64,000 bases of DNA from an uncultured Candidatus Cloacimonadota bacterium (GTDB lineage Bacteria > Cloacimonadota > Cloacimonadia > Cloacimonadales > WRIO01). Positions 9,106 to 16,793 of the stretch are shown here, piece by piece. Position 1 is the first letter of the stretch. Each line of letters opens with the position of its first letter. Under the pieces are notes generated by a model that saw nothing but the letters and a program-made list of their open reading frames with translations, ran no database searches and was not told the DNA's origin. The translations under genes and the position numbers were made by a program. Location of the stretch: contig CAZNKI010000001.1 of the NCBI GenBank assembly GCA_964573665.1, forward strand, positions 28,583-92,582, given 5' to 3'.

Positions 9106-9179
9106 ATGTAGGGGCAGGTTTTACGCCTGCCCAATCATAAGTAGGGGCGAACCTGTGTGTTCGCCATCGTTCAGCGAAC
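9106..9179. repeat. Two GTAGGGGC-initiated GC hairpins (REP-like)
   Basis: GGGCAGG-TTTTACG-CCTGCCC spans 9112-9132 and GGCGAAC-CTGTGT-GTTCGCC spans 9146-9165. An alternative pairing is GTTCGC (9159-9164) with GCGAAC (9174-9179). Confidence 0.8.
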
Positions 9180-9521
9180 ATCTCTGTTTGCAGTACATGC
9201 CCAAGCAATGATTCATTAACAACCATAGCAATCTGCTCCCTTGCTTTACGCGATACACGACCATCTCAAATCCCTCCGGCACAAAGATTTATACGAGCAG
9301 CTCCATTCCCCTCTGTGGAGGGGTGGACGCGTCAGCGGACGGGGTGGTCATGAAAAAATTGCATTTTTTTTGATGCCAGTAGTTCATCAAGGAGACCCCA
9401 CGCTTCACGATGTTCCGCTCTGGGTGACAGATGATCGTTTTTGTAGTTTTGCCGGAATATTACATCTATCGAAATCTCATACATCCCAAGGAGTGCACAA
9501 CGAGAGCAATCTGCTTGCTCG
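9174..9521 (+). repeat. GC-rich structured element, copy A2
   Basis: Collinear with A1: head at 9256-9281 and GC core at 9304-9349. ORF 9241..9576 is a translation of the repeat (PLWRGGRVSGRGGH comes from the GC core). Confidence 0.7.
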
Positions 9522-9533
9522 TGTTAAACGATA

Positions 9534-10048
9534 CACGACCATCTCATATCACTCCGGCAAATATATTATTAACTGAATCAGTCATTCAGAGCGGAACGTA
9601 GTGTAGCGTGGAATCTCCCATAGAACATCATGCATCATGTTTTTTATTGTAATCGCAAGTTTGTGAATTTTATTATTCGTGTAAGAAAGCATCCATGAAC
9701 TGAACTTAATCGATAAATAATAGATCATCAACGAGATAACAATGACCACCCCGTCCGCAGAAGGGATTTGAGATGCTCGTAATAATTTGCTTTGTTGGAG
9801 TGATTTGAGATTGATGTATTTTATGTTTTCAGATGTACGGCACTTCGTTTCGCACATCCTTACAAGTGTTAAAAGATTGTATTGTAAGATGTTAGATTAT
9901 TGTACAAGCAGACCACCCCGTCCGCTAACGCGTCCACCCCTCCACAGAGGGGAATGAAGATTTACGGCAAATTACCAAACTGTTAATGCAATATATATGC
10001 TATGTAGCAACACAACAAACAAAAAAGTACATTCCAAAAAGTTCAGTT
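9534..10048 (-). repeat. 515-bp repeat unit B1 (holds a diverged, inverted copy of the A element plus an extra GC core)
   Basis: Head at 9534-9559, truncated core at 9744-9766, inverted head-like GGAGTGATTTGAGAT at 9797-9811, and full core (reverse orientation) at 9911-9956. The reverse complement aligns block by block with A (details in findings). Confidence 0.75.
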
Positions 10049-10525
10049 CACGACCATCTCAAATCACTCCGGCATATCTATTATTAACTGAATCAGTCAT
10101 TCAGAGCGGAACGTAGTGTAGCGTGGAATCTCCCATAGAACATCATGCATCATGTTTTTTATTGTAATCGCAAGTTTGTGAATTTTATTATTCGTGTAAG
10201 AAAGCATCCATGAACTGAACTTAATCGATAAATAATAGATCATCAACGAGATAACAATGACCACCCCGTCCGCAGAAGGGATTTGAGATGCTCGTAATAA
10301 TTTGCTTTGTTGGAGTGATTTGAGATTGATGTATTTTATGTTTTCAGATGTACGGCACTTCGTTTCGCACATCCTTACAAGTGTTAAAAGATTGTATTGT
10401 AAGATGTTAGATTATTGTACAAGCAGACCACCCCGTCCGCTAACGCGTCCACCCCTCCACAGAAGGGAATGGAGATTTACGGCAAATTACCATGCTGAAA
10501 TGCAATTTATATTGTATGTAAAGCC
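10049..10525 (-). repeat. Repeat unit B2 (tandem duplicate of B1, period 515 bp)
   Basis: Head at 10049-10074, truncated core at 10259-10281, full core at 10426-10471. ORFs 9582..9857 and 10097..10372 are 100% identical at the protein level, so the duplication is recent. Similarity fades after about 10525. Confidence 0.75.
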
Positions 10526-10578
10526 AACTGGTGGACATGCAAAACTGTTTTTATTGACACATATATTCAAACAAAGGA

Positions 10579-10608
10579 TAAAAAAAGAGACGCCGTTTAA
10601 GCGTCTCT
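10579..10608 (-). terminator. Rho-independent terminator of htpG
   Basis: Minus strand reads AGAGACGC-TTAAACG-GCGTCTCT followed by T7, immediately after the htpG stop at 10625. Confidence 0.8.
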
Positions 10609-10624
10609 TCATAATATATAATGA

Positions 10625-12436
10625 TTAAATCATTTGAAGTATTTTGTTGGCTTTTTGGATAAATGCCTGTAATTCATCGCCAGTAAATCTTTTTTGTTCC
10701 AACATAGCCAAGTCATGAATATAATTAGCAATCAGAGAAGCATCTTCAGTTTTACCTTCGGCTTGAAGTGCAGAAACTTTTTTCACAGTAGGATTTTCTA
10801 CATTGATGACCAGAGTATGGTTTTTTAGCATATCCTGACCACCGAGTCCCTGATTCATAGCATGCATTTCCTGGAAGCGTCTCATAAATTCATCATAGAT
10901 GATCATACCAGGTATATTCTCGGTTTTTAAATGTTTCGCTTCAATGGTTACAGCTTCATTATTCAGTGCCTGTACGAAGGTTTCTTTGATTTTATCAGCT
11001 TCGTTTTTAGCATTTTCATCTATGTTTTCAGATTTATCTTTATCAACGAGTGTTTCGTTAATTTCTGAGTCAATTCGAACAAATCTAACGTTTGTTTTTT
11101 TGCTTTCAAGGTGTGAAAGTAAATGAGTATCTAAGATTGAATCACAGAAGATGACTTCCATTCCTTGATCTTTGATGAGGTTGAGCAATGATACCTGAGT
11201 ATTTTCGCTGATTCCATAGTAAATCTTTTTATGTTCATCTTCCTGAGGATTTCTTTCAAGATATTGATCAACCGTGATATAGTCGCCTTTTGAAGATTTA
11301 AAGATTAAGACATCTCTGATGGCTTCTGAAAAATCATCTTCAGTTAAAACGCCATATTTCACAAACTGGTTGATATCTTCCCAGTAAGATTCGTATTTTG
11401 AGCGATCTTCAGCAAAGGTGTTTTTGAAGTGATCAGCCACTTTTCTGATAATGTATTTTTTGATTTTCTGAACTTCTTTATCATTTTGAAGGAAGCTTCT
11501 CGAGACATTTAAAGGAATATCTGGTACGTCAATACCTCCTCGGAGCATCATGAGAAATTCTGGGATGAATTCTTTTAAATTGTCAGCGACAAAGACATTG
11601 TTGCAATAGAGTTTTACAGTTCCGCGAGTGAGTTCAGCATCATTTTTAATTTTTGGGAAATAGAGAATCCCTTTTAAGTTAAAAGGATAATCCAGATTTA
11701 AATGAATTTGGAATAGAGGATCTTGCCATTCGTGGAAGATCTTTTTATAGAACTCTTTGTATTCTTCGTCAGTGACATCATTTGGTTTTCTGTTCCAAAG
11801 CGCTTCTTTCTGATTGACGATGTCTTTGCCCAACATAATCGTAAATGGCATGAAATTACAATACTTTTCGAGCAATTCTTTCATCTTGAATTCTTCTAAG
11901 TATTCATCAGCCTCTGCATTAAGATGTAAGGTAATCGTGGTACCGACTTTTTTCCTTTTGCCTTTGGAAAGCGTGTATTCAGTAGAGCCATCACATTCCC
12001 AGAATGCCGGCTCAGCGCCTTCATTCATCGATAAAGAGTCGATGGTGACTTTTTCTGAAACCATAAAGGAAGAGTAAAATCCTAAACCAAAATGACCGAT
12101 GATGTTTGATTGCTGATCTTTGAATTTTTCAACAAAGTCTTCAGCACCAGAAAAGGCGATTTGGTTGATATACTTTTCGATTTCTTCTGCAGTCATACCG
12201 ATACCATAATCGATAATTTTGATGCAACGTTTCTTTTTATCTATTTCGATCTCAATTCTCAGTTCTTCAGGTTGAACATTGGTATCGAGAATTTTTCTTT
12301 TGTTCATTGCATCAATTGCATTGGAAACTAATTCACGAATAAAGATATCATGTTCAGAATACAACCATTTTTTGATAATAGGAAAGATATTCTCAGTGTG
12401 GATACTTAAAGATCCGTTTTTCTTTTCATTCGCCAT
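10625..12436 (-). CDS. htpG: Molecular chaperone HtpG (Hsp90)
   Basis: TENIFPIIKKWLYSEHDIFIRELVSNAIDA and GHFGLGFYSSFMV are Hsp90 N-domain signatures. The start is moved to ATG 12436 (MANEKK...), 6 nt after GGAGGT; the track start 12466 is an upstream extension. Confidence 0.9.
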   Translation of the reverse strand: MANEKKNGSLSIHTENIFPIIKKWLYSEHDIFIRELVSNAIDAMNKRKILDTNVQPEELRIEIEIDKKKRCIKIIDYGIGMTAEEIEKYINQIAFSGAEDFVEKFKDQQSNIIGHFGLGFYSSFMVSEKVTIDSLSMNEGAEPAFWECDGSTEYTLSKGKRKKVGTTITLHLNAEADEYLEEFKMKELLEKYCNFMPFTIMLGKDIVNQKEALWNRKPNDVTDEEYKEFYKKIFHEWQDPLFQIHLNLDYPFNLKGILYFPKIKNDAELTRGTVKLYCNNVFVADNLKEFIPEFLMMLRGGIDVPDIPLNVSRSFLQNDKEVQKIKKYIIRKVADHFKNTFAEDRSKYESYWEDINQFVKYGVLTEDDFSEAIRDVLIFKSSKGDYITVDQYLERNPQEDEHKKIYYGISENTQVSLLNLIKDQGMEVIFCDSILDTHLLSHLESKKTNVRFVRIDSEINETLVDKDKSENIDENAKNEADKIKETFVQALNNEAVTIEAKHLKTENIPGMIIYDEFMRRFQEMHAMNQGLGGQDMLKNHTLVINVENPTVKKVSALQAEGKTEDASLIANYIHDLAMLEQKRFTGDELQAFIQKANKILQMI

Positions 12437-12528
12437 TGATGACCTCCAATAATCATTTTTAGACAAATTAATCCACTAAGATAATTTTGTCAACAAGAAT
12501 CTTAGCAGTCTTGATATTCGTTTGCTAA

Positions 12529-13785
12529 TTAATCAAGAAAGTTTACATTTTCACGCTGGATGGGCAAAGTCATACAGCGAGCACCACCACCACCACGAGA
12601 GAGTTCAGCGCCGGAAATAGCGATGGCATAGCGATCCATTTTACTGATATCGACTTTGCCACTCAGAATATCTCTGGCTTCAATGCGAGGCATATTTGCC
12701 ACTTTTTCAAGCTGATCAAAAGTTTTAAGATTGCGACCGTAACCAATTGCTTTACCTGGAGCGATGGTGAAATAATTTGCACCGCACATCCATTGTTCGC
12801 GTTCTTGTCTCAGTCTGTCGGTTCCACCGCAGAGGACAGGGATGAGCTCAATACCTACGCTTTTTAAGCCTTCAATGATGTTTGGAACATGAGTGATTTT
12901 ATTCTGTTTTTGATTGAGATCAATATGAACGACACCTAAGCGATCTTCACCTAAAATGACGGGTTCATGAACGACACAATAGTGAGTATCGACCATAGTA
13001 AAGATCATATCAAGATGGATCATAGCTCTTTCTTTGGGAAGAATCACGACAAAGATATGCTTGATTTGTCCCTTTTCTTTGAATTTTTCTATGAGCTGGT
13101 CAATTGCTTCAGAGCTGGTTCTTTCAGATAATCCAATCGCAAGCACATCTTCACGGATGACGAGGATATCACCGCCTTCAAACTTAGAATTATGATGGAA
13201 GCCATTGACATTTTCGAAATAAAAGCCATCCGAAAGAAATTCTTTGTGGTGATCGAAAATATACCGCATAATCGTTGCTTCAGCACTTCGTATCAGATTT
13301 GCCATCGACCCTGTGAGTACATATTCATTGATGATGATCGCAGAATCACGGGTATAAAGAAAGTTGGGGAGAGGGGGTAATGCGTATGGATTCGATGAGA
13401 GGAAACGCGTTAATGTGTCTTTCTTTTTTTCAACTCCAGTAATCAGTTTATGGGCAAGATCAGAAGAAGAAAGAGGCATCAAATCATCTAAAATATATTC
13501 TGATGCTTTCATTTCTTTGATAAGCGCTGTCAGCAGTTCTTCTCTTTCAGCTGGTATTTCTAAGATATCTTTCAAAAGGTCATTCACTTCATAAACATTA
13601 GAATGAAGTTTTAAAATCCCTGAAAGTTCTCTATGTTCGTTAATTGCAGTACCAAGATTGAGAATATCATCATACAGCAAGCTTTCAGATGTTTTTGGGG
13701 TCATGATTTCAATTTCAGGACCTGGTTCATGGACGATTACTTTTTTTAGTTTACCAATTTCTGACTTGATGGATAGTTTTCCCAC
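12529..13785 (-). CDS. arcA: Arginine deiminase
   Basis: SEIGKLKKVIVHEPGPE at the N-terminus, the catalytic-Cys block GGGGARCMTLP at the C-terminus, and a length of about 418 aa. The start is moved to GTG 13785, 5 nt after GGAGG. The track start 13953 reads through a REP element (peptide GAGSARAE). Confidence 0.85.
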   Translation of the reverse strand: MGKLSIKSEIGKLKKVIVHEPGPEIEIMTPKTSESLLYDDILNLGTAINEHRELSGILKLHSNVYEVNDLLKDILEIPAEREELLTALIKEMKASEYILDDLMPLSSSDLAHKLITGVEKKKDTLTRFLSSNPYALPPLPNFLYTRDSAIIINEYVLTGSMANLIRSAEATIMRYIFDHHKEFLSDGFYFENVNGFHHNSKFEGGDILVIREDVLAIGLSERTSSEAIDQLIEKFKEKGQIKHIFVVILPKERAMIHLDMIFTMVDTHYCVVHEPVILGEDRLGVVHIDLNQKQNKITHVPNIIEGLKSVGIELIPVLCGGTDRLRQEREQWMCGANYFTIAPGKAIGYGRNLKTFDQLEKVANMPRIEARDILSGKVDISKMDRYAIAISGAELSRGGGGARCMTLPIQRENVNFLD

Positions 13786-13905
13786 AAGTGCCTCCTCGAA
13801 AGATATGTTTTTTTCAAGAATTATCGAGGTGGGTATTTTGTCAAGGGGAAGGATTTGATGAAAAAGATTGTTTTGATAAGATGAGTAAAGATATTTATCG
13901 GTATT

Positions 13906-13929
13906 TTCGGCTCGAGCCGAGCCGGCTCC
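13906..13929. repeat. 24-nt GC-rich palindromic REP-like element, copy 1
   Basis: Sequence TTCGGCTCGAGCCGAGCCGGCTCC, with overlapping palindromes CGGCTCGAGCCG and GAGCCGGCTC. Confidence 0.85.
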
Positions 13930-13931
13930 AT

Positions 13932-13961
13932 AAAAAAAAGCGGAGTTTTTCAACTCCGCTT
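13932..13961 (-). terminator. Rho-independent terminator of the 13982..15310 gene
   Basis: Minus strand reads AAGCGGAGTT-GAAA-AACTCCGCTT followed by T8. Confidence 0.8.
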
Positions 13962-13981
13962 CATATCATAAAATGTCCGTC

Positions 13982-15310
13982 TTATTTGACGATCATCACT
14001 TTTTTCATTATGGTTGTTGTAGGACTGCTTAAACGATAGAAATACATACCGCTTGCGCATTTATTGTTGTTATTGTCTTTGCCATCCCAGGTTAATTCAT
14101 GTTTTCCTTGAGGAATATTGGAATAGGTTTTCACTGTTTGACCTTTGACATTGAAGATATTCAACTCAGCGGTTTCAGCTTCTTTGACTTCAAGTTCAAT
14201 TTTTTGAACATTATTTTGATTAAATGGATTTGGATAAGTTCTGATCAAACTGGTAGCTGTAGGAAGCACTTCAGGAGTTTCAGGATTTAATACGGTCACT
14301 GTGCGTGGTCCAAACCATGAACTACTTTCATTTTGTTCAAGAGAAACGATCCAGTAATAATAGGTTTGACCAGGTGTCACTTCTGTATCCTGATATTCGT
14401 AAGTATGTGCAGTGCTTGAGTTGTTTGCAGGAATTAATGAGCTGATTCTTTGCGCATTAGTTGTGCTGTTTTCAGTATTACGATAAATATAATAACCATG
14501 AATGGCTGTTTCTGTTTGAGTCACCCATTGAATATTTACCATATTAGCAGAAGTGCTGATCGCATCAAAAGTTGAGAAAGTGACTGGGAGGGTTTCAATT
14601 GGCCATGTAGTAGAGACCATGATACCATCGACGATTGAGGATGCACAGTTAGTAGAAGAGCCTTGTCTTAGTCCTACACCATTGTGATTTGCTAAATCAG
14701 TAGCAGTATCTGTTGCAGTTAATGTGGCTTGAGGTTCGGTACTTGGAGGAGCATCTGTGAAGATAAATAATGAATAAATATCATTAGATGTACCTGCAAC
14801 TATTTGTACTTTAATCATTATATTGTAAATAGTGTTGATGTTATATGTGTTTGTAGTATATACAGGAGTACCTGTCCCTTTTGAAAAACCGAATTTAAAT
14901 TCTGTAGTTGAGTTTGTAACTCTTTGAATAAAAATCCTACCTCTGTAATTATTTGTTCCTGTGTCAAGTAAAAGAAAATTATAGTCTTGAGTTCCTCGGA
15001 GTGCAGTGACTTTCATTAAAAGACTAGCATAGATGTTACCAGAAGTGGTTGAAGCGAAAGACTTATTTAAATCTTCACCATTTGGTCCAAGTGTTGCAGC
15101 ATTTCCAATTCCAGAAGCTGAATATCCAGGAAAAGTTAAGCTTGGTGTTGTTATCTGGATTGAATTTGTTCCTTCAGCATCTGTAACAGCCCATCCACCT
15201 GTTCCATTTAGATTTCCAACAGGGTAATCAAAATTTTCAGTGAGAAGATTAACTGCAAAAAGGGCAAACACGCAAAGTGTTAAGACCACAGAGATCATTA
15301 ATCGTTTCAT
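13982..15310 (-). CDS. Secreted protein with FN3-like domain and T9SS C-terminal sorting domain
   Basis: Signal peptide MKRLMISVVLTLCVFALFA. The C-terminus reads YPNPFNQNN...IFNVKGQTV...WDGKDNNNNKCASGMYFYRL...KKVMIVK. Confidence 0.75.
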   Translation of the reverse strand: MKRLMISVVLTLCVFALFAVNLLTENFDYPVGNLNGTGGWAVTDAEGTNSIQITTPSLTFPGYSASGIGNAATLGPNGEDLNKSFASTTSGNIYASLLMKVTALRGTQDYNFLLLDTGTNNYRGRIFIQRVTNSTTEFKFGFSKGTGTPVYTTNTYNINTIYNIMIKVQIVAGTSNDIYSLFIFTDAPPSTEPQATLTATDTATDLANHNGVGLRQGSSTNCASSIVDGIMVSTTWPIETLPVTFSTFDAISTSANMVNIQWVTQTETAIHGYYIYRNTENSTTNAQRISSLIPANNSSTAHTYEYQDTEVTPGQTYYYWIVSLEQNESSSWFGPRTVTVLNPETPEVLPTATSLIRTYPNPFNQNNVQKIELEVKEAETAELNIFNVKGQTVKTYSNIPQGKHELTWDGKDNNNNKCASGMYFYRLSSPTTTIMKKVMIVK

Positions 15311-15669
15311 ATATCCTCCATAATCATAATTATACTATTATATTCTTAAGACTACATTACTTGAGGGATAAAATTTTGGCAAGCTTTTTTTAATTAATTT
15401 TTGATAAAGGTTAAAAAGCAGAAATTCAGCAGACTTTTTGTCATTTCAGAAATTACACAAAAAACCAATGAAAAGATATACAGACAAAGACTTAGCGGTT
15501 TTTTACCTTTGCGGATGGGACTATAAAGCAATTTTTGCCACTATATATAAACTGCTGAAAAGAAAAGAGATAGAGATAATAAACAAAGAAAATTAAAATA
15601 AAATAAAATTTTTATTGACAAGATAATTAAAATTTAGTCAAATTGCCTAAATGAATATCGGAGGTAATT

Positions 15670-15942
15670 ATGACTCGTGAAGACTTGGTTGCTAAAATTG
15701 CAGAAGATGCAAAAATCACTAAGAAAGCTGCTGCTAATGCTCTTAATTCTGTTTTAGACGGAATCGTTGAAGCACTTCAAGCTGGAGAAAAAATCACATT
15801 TGTTGGTTTTGGAACTTTTAATGTTATCGAAAGAAAAGCAAGAAAAGGTATCAATCCAAGCACAAAACAACCTATTGACATCCCTGCTTGCAAAGCTCCT
15901 GTTTTTAAAGCTGGCAGCAAATTAAAAGAAGCAGTTAAGTAA
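15670..15942 (+). CDS. hup: DNA-binding protein HU
   Basis: 90 aa with GFGTFNVIERKARKGINPSTKQPIDIPA (the HU arm). SD GGAGGT lies upstream. Confidence 0.9.
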   Translation: MTREDLVAKIAEDAKITKKAAANALNSVLDGIVEALQAGEKITFVGFGTFNVIERKARKGINPSTKQPIDIPACKAPVFKAGSKLKEAVK

Positions 15943-15958
15943 GACATTATTATTAAAT

Positions 15959-15990
15959 AAGCGGTTGATGATCAACCGCTTATTTTTTTT
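15959..15990 (+). terminator. Rho-independent terminator of hup
   Basis: AAGCGGTTG-ATGAT-CAACCGCTT followed by a T-run (15982-15991). Confidence 0.8.
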
Positions 15991-16024
15991 TGTATAAATT
16001 TTGAGTAAGGAATTATTCAGTTAA

Positions 16025-16048
16025 TTCGGCTCGATCCGAGCCGGCTCC
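16025..16048. repeat. 24-nt REP-like element, copy 2 (variant TTCGGCTCGATCCGAGCCGGCTCC)
   Basis: Same orientation as copy 1, with one substitution. Confidence 0.85.
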
Positions 16049-16099
16049 AAGACTTGTTTAAAGCATTTGGATTGGATAATTGATCTTCAGAATAATAAT

Positions 16100-16123
16100 T
16101 TCGGCTCGAGCCGAGCCGGCTCC
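16100..16123. repeat. 24-nt REP-like element, copy 3
   Basis: Exact TTCGGCTCGAGCCGAGCCGGCTCC, 8 nt from the stop of the 16131..16790 gene. The spurious ORF 16058..16261 translates it (GAGSARAE). Confidence 0.85.
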
Positions 16124-16130
16124 AGAGATA

Positions 16131-16790
16131 TTATTTTGTTTTGATCGCTTCGACAGGGCAGCCTTTATAATTGTTTGAAGGATTCCCATTTTTACAGATA
16201 CCGCAGGAGATACATTTATCCATATCGATGACCGCTTTCCCTTTTTGCATGGAGATCGCATTCACAGGGCATTGAGAGACGCATAATCTGCATCCGATAC
16301 AGGTCTTTGATTCAACATAATAAATGACTTTCTTAACGATATTTTCTTCTTCATTTTTCAGAGAGTCAGACTGAGGTTTTGTTGTTTCCTGTTTCTTCTC
16401 AACTGCTTTTGCAGTTTCTGTTGGCTTAGCTTCTTTAACTTTATCTTTTTCCGTTACGATGGTCGTCGTATTAGAAGAAGGTTTAATTTCCTGAGTGGTG
16501 ATCTGCTTTTCTTCAATCTTAACTTGATCAATTGCCTTAGTAGGACATCCTGGATATTTTACAGAAGGGTTTTCATTTTTGCAAAGCCCACAAGCAATGC
16601 ATTTATCCATATCAATAATGGCTTTACCACTTTTCATTTGGATGGCATTTGTCGGGCATACTTTGGTTTGAACACAAAGACCACAGCCAATACACTTGTC
16701 TTTGCTTACCTGATACTTTACCACCTGTGAGGTGAGGGCAAAGACCAATAACACTAAAATTAATAGAACTGCGATTTTTTTAATAAACAT
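16131..16790 (-). CDS. Exported tandem ferredoxin-domain protein (two 2x[4Fe-4S]-type domains joined by a K/E/T-rich linker)
   Basis: Signal or anchor sequence MFIKKIAVLLILVLLVFALTSQV with no RR motif. Each half carries CIGCxLCVxxxxCPxNAI ... KCIxCGxCKN. The linker is KIEEKQITTQEIKPSSNTTTIVTEKDKVKEAKPTETAKAVEKKQETTKPQ. Confidence 0.75.
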   Translation of the reverse strand: MFIKKIAVLLILVLLVFALTSQVVKYQVSKDKCIGCGLCVQTKVCPTNAIQMKSGKAIIDMDKCIACGLCKNENPSVKYPGCPTKAIDQVKIEEKQITTQEIKPSSNTTTIVTEKDKVKEAKPTETAKAVEKKQETTKPQSDSLKNEEENIVKKVIYYVESKTCIGCRLCVSQCPVNAISMQKGKAVIDMDKCISCGICKNGNPSNNYKGCPVEAIKTK

Positions 16791-16793
16791 TAT

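Noticed and set aside
9500-9560. Integron attC / CALIN interpretation (GTTAAAC at the A2/B1 junction matches GTTRRRY)
   Set aside because: This is a single short match. There is no intI, no cassette ORFs between sites, and the junction sequences are not organised as R''/L''-L'/R' imperfect palindromes.
9534-10525. Type I toxin-antitoxin long-direct-repeat locus (LDR-like) in B1/B2
   Set aside because: I found no short hydrophobic ORF with a ribosome-binding site. The best candidates (22 aa MHHVFYCNRKFVNFIIRVRKHP and 10 aa MLVIICFVGV) lack an SD and are unconvincing. This cannot be excluded without transcript data.
7132-10624. Chromosomal replication origin (oriC)
   Set aside because: There is no dnaA or dnaN nearby, and I found no TTATCCACA-type DnaA boxes. 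The array unit does not resemble DnaA boxes.
7418-10628. ORF-track entries inside the island (7418..7612, 7500..7790, 7609..7794, 9241..9576, 9582..9857, 10097..10372, 10302..10628) as protein genes
   Set aside because: They run through repeats that occur on both strands and have no SD. Their peptides come from GC hairpins (PLWRGGRVSGRGGH, RPPRPLTRPPLHR). The frames are not preserved between copies A1 and A2, and 10302..10628 reads through the htpG terminator.
13786-13953. N-terminal 56 aa of the track ORF 12529..13953 as part of arginine deiminase
   Set aside because: The extension contains the REP translation GAGSARAE and has no homology to ADI N-termini. A GTG with GGAGG 5 nt upstream at 13785 gives the canonical ~418-aa protein.
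15468-15596. 42-aa ORF (MKRYTDKDLAVFYLCGWDYKAIFATIYKLLKRKEIEIINKEN) upstream of hup
   Set aside because: It has no SD and no recognisable motif, and it sits in AT-rich promoter DNA. The evidence is insufficient to call it.
16058-16261. 67-aa minus-strand ORF overlapping the 3' end of the ferredoxin gene
   Set aside because: It overlaps a well-supported gene out of frame and extends through a REP element.
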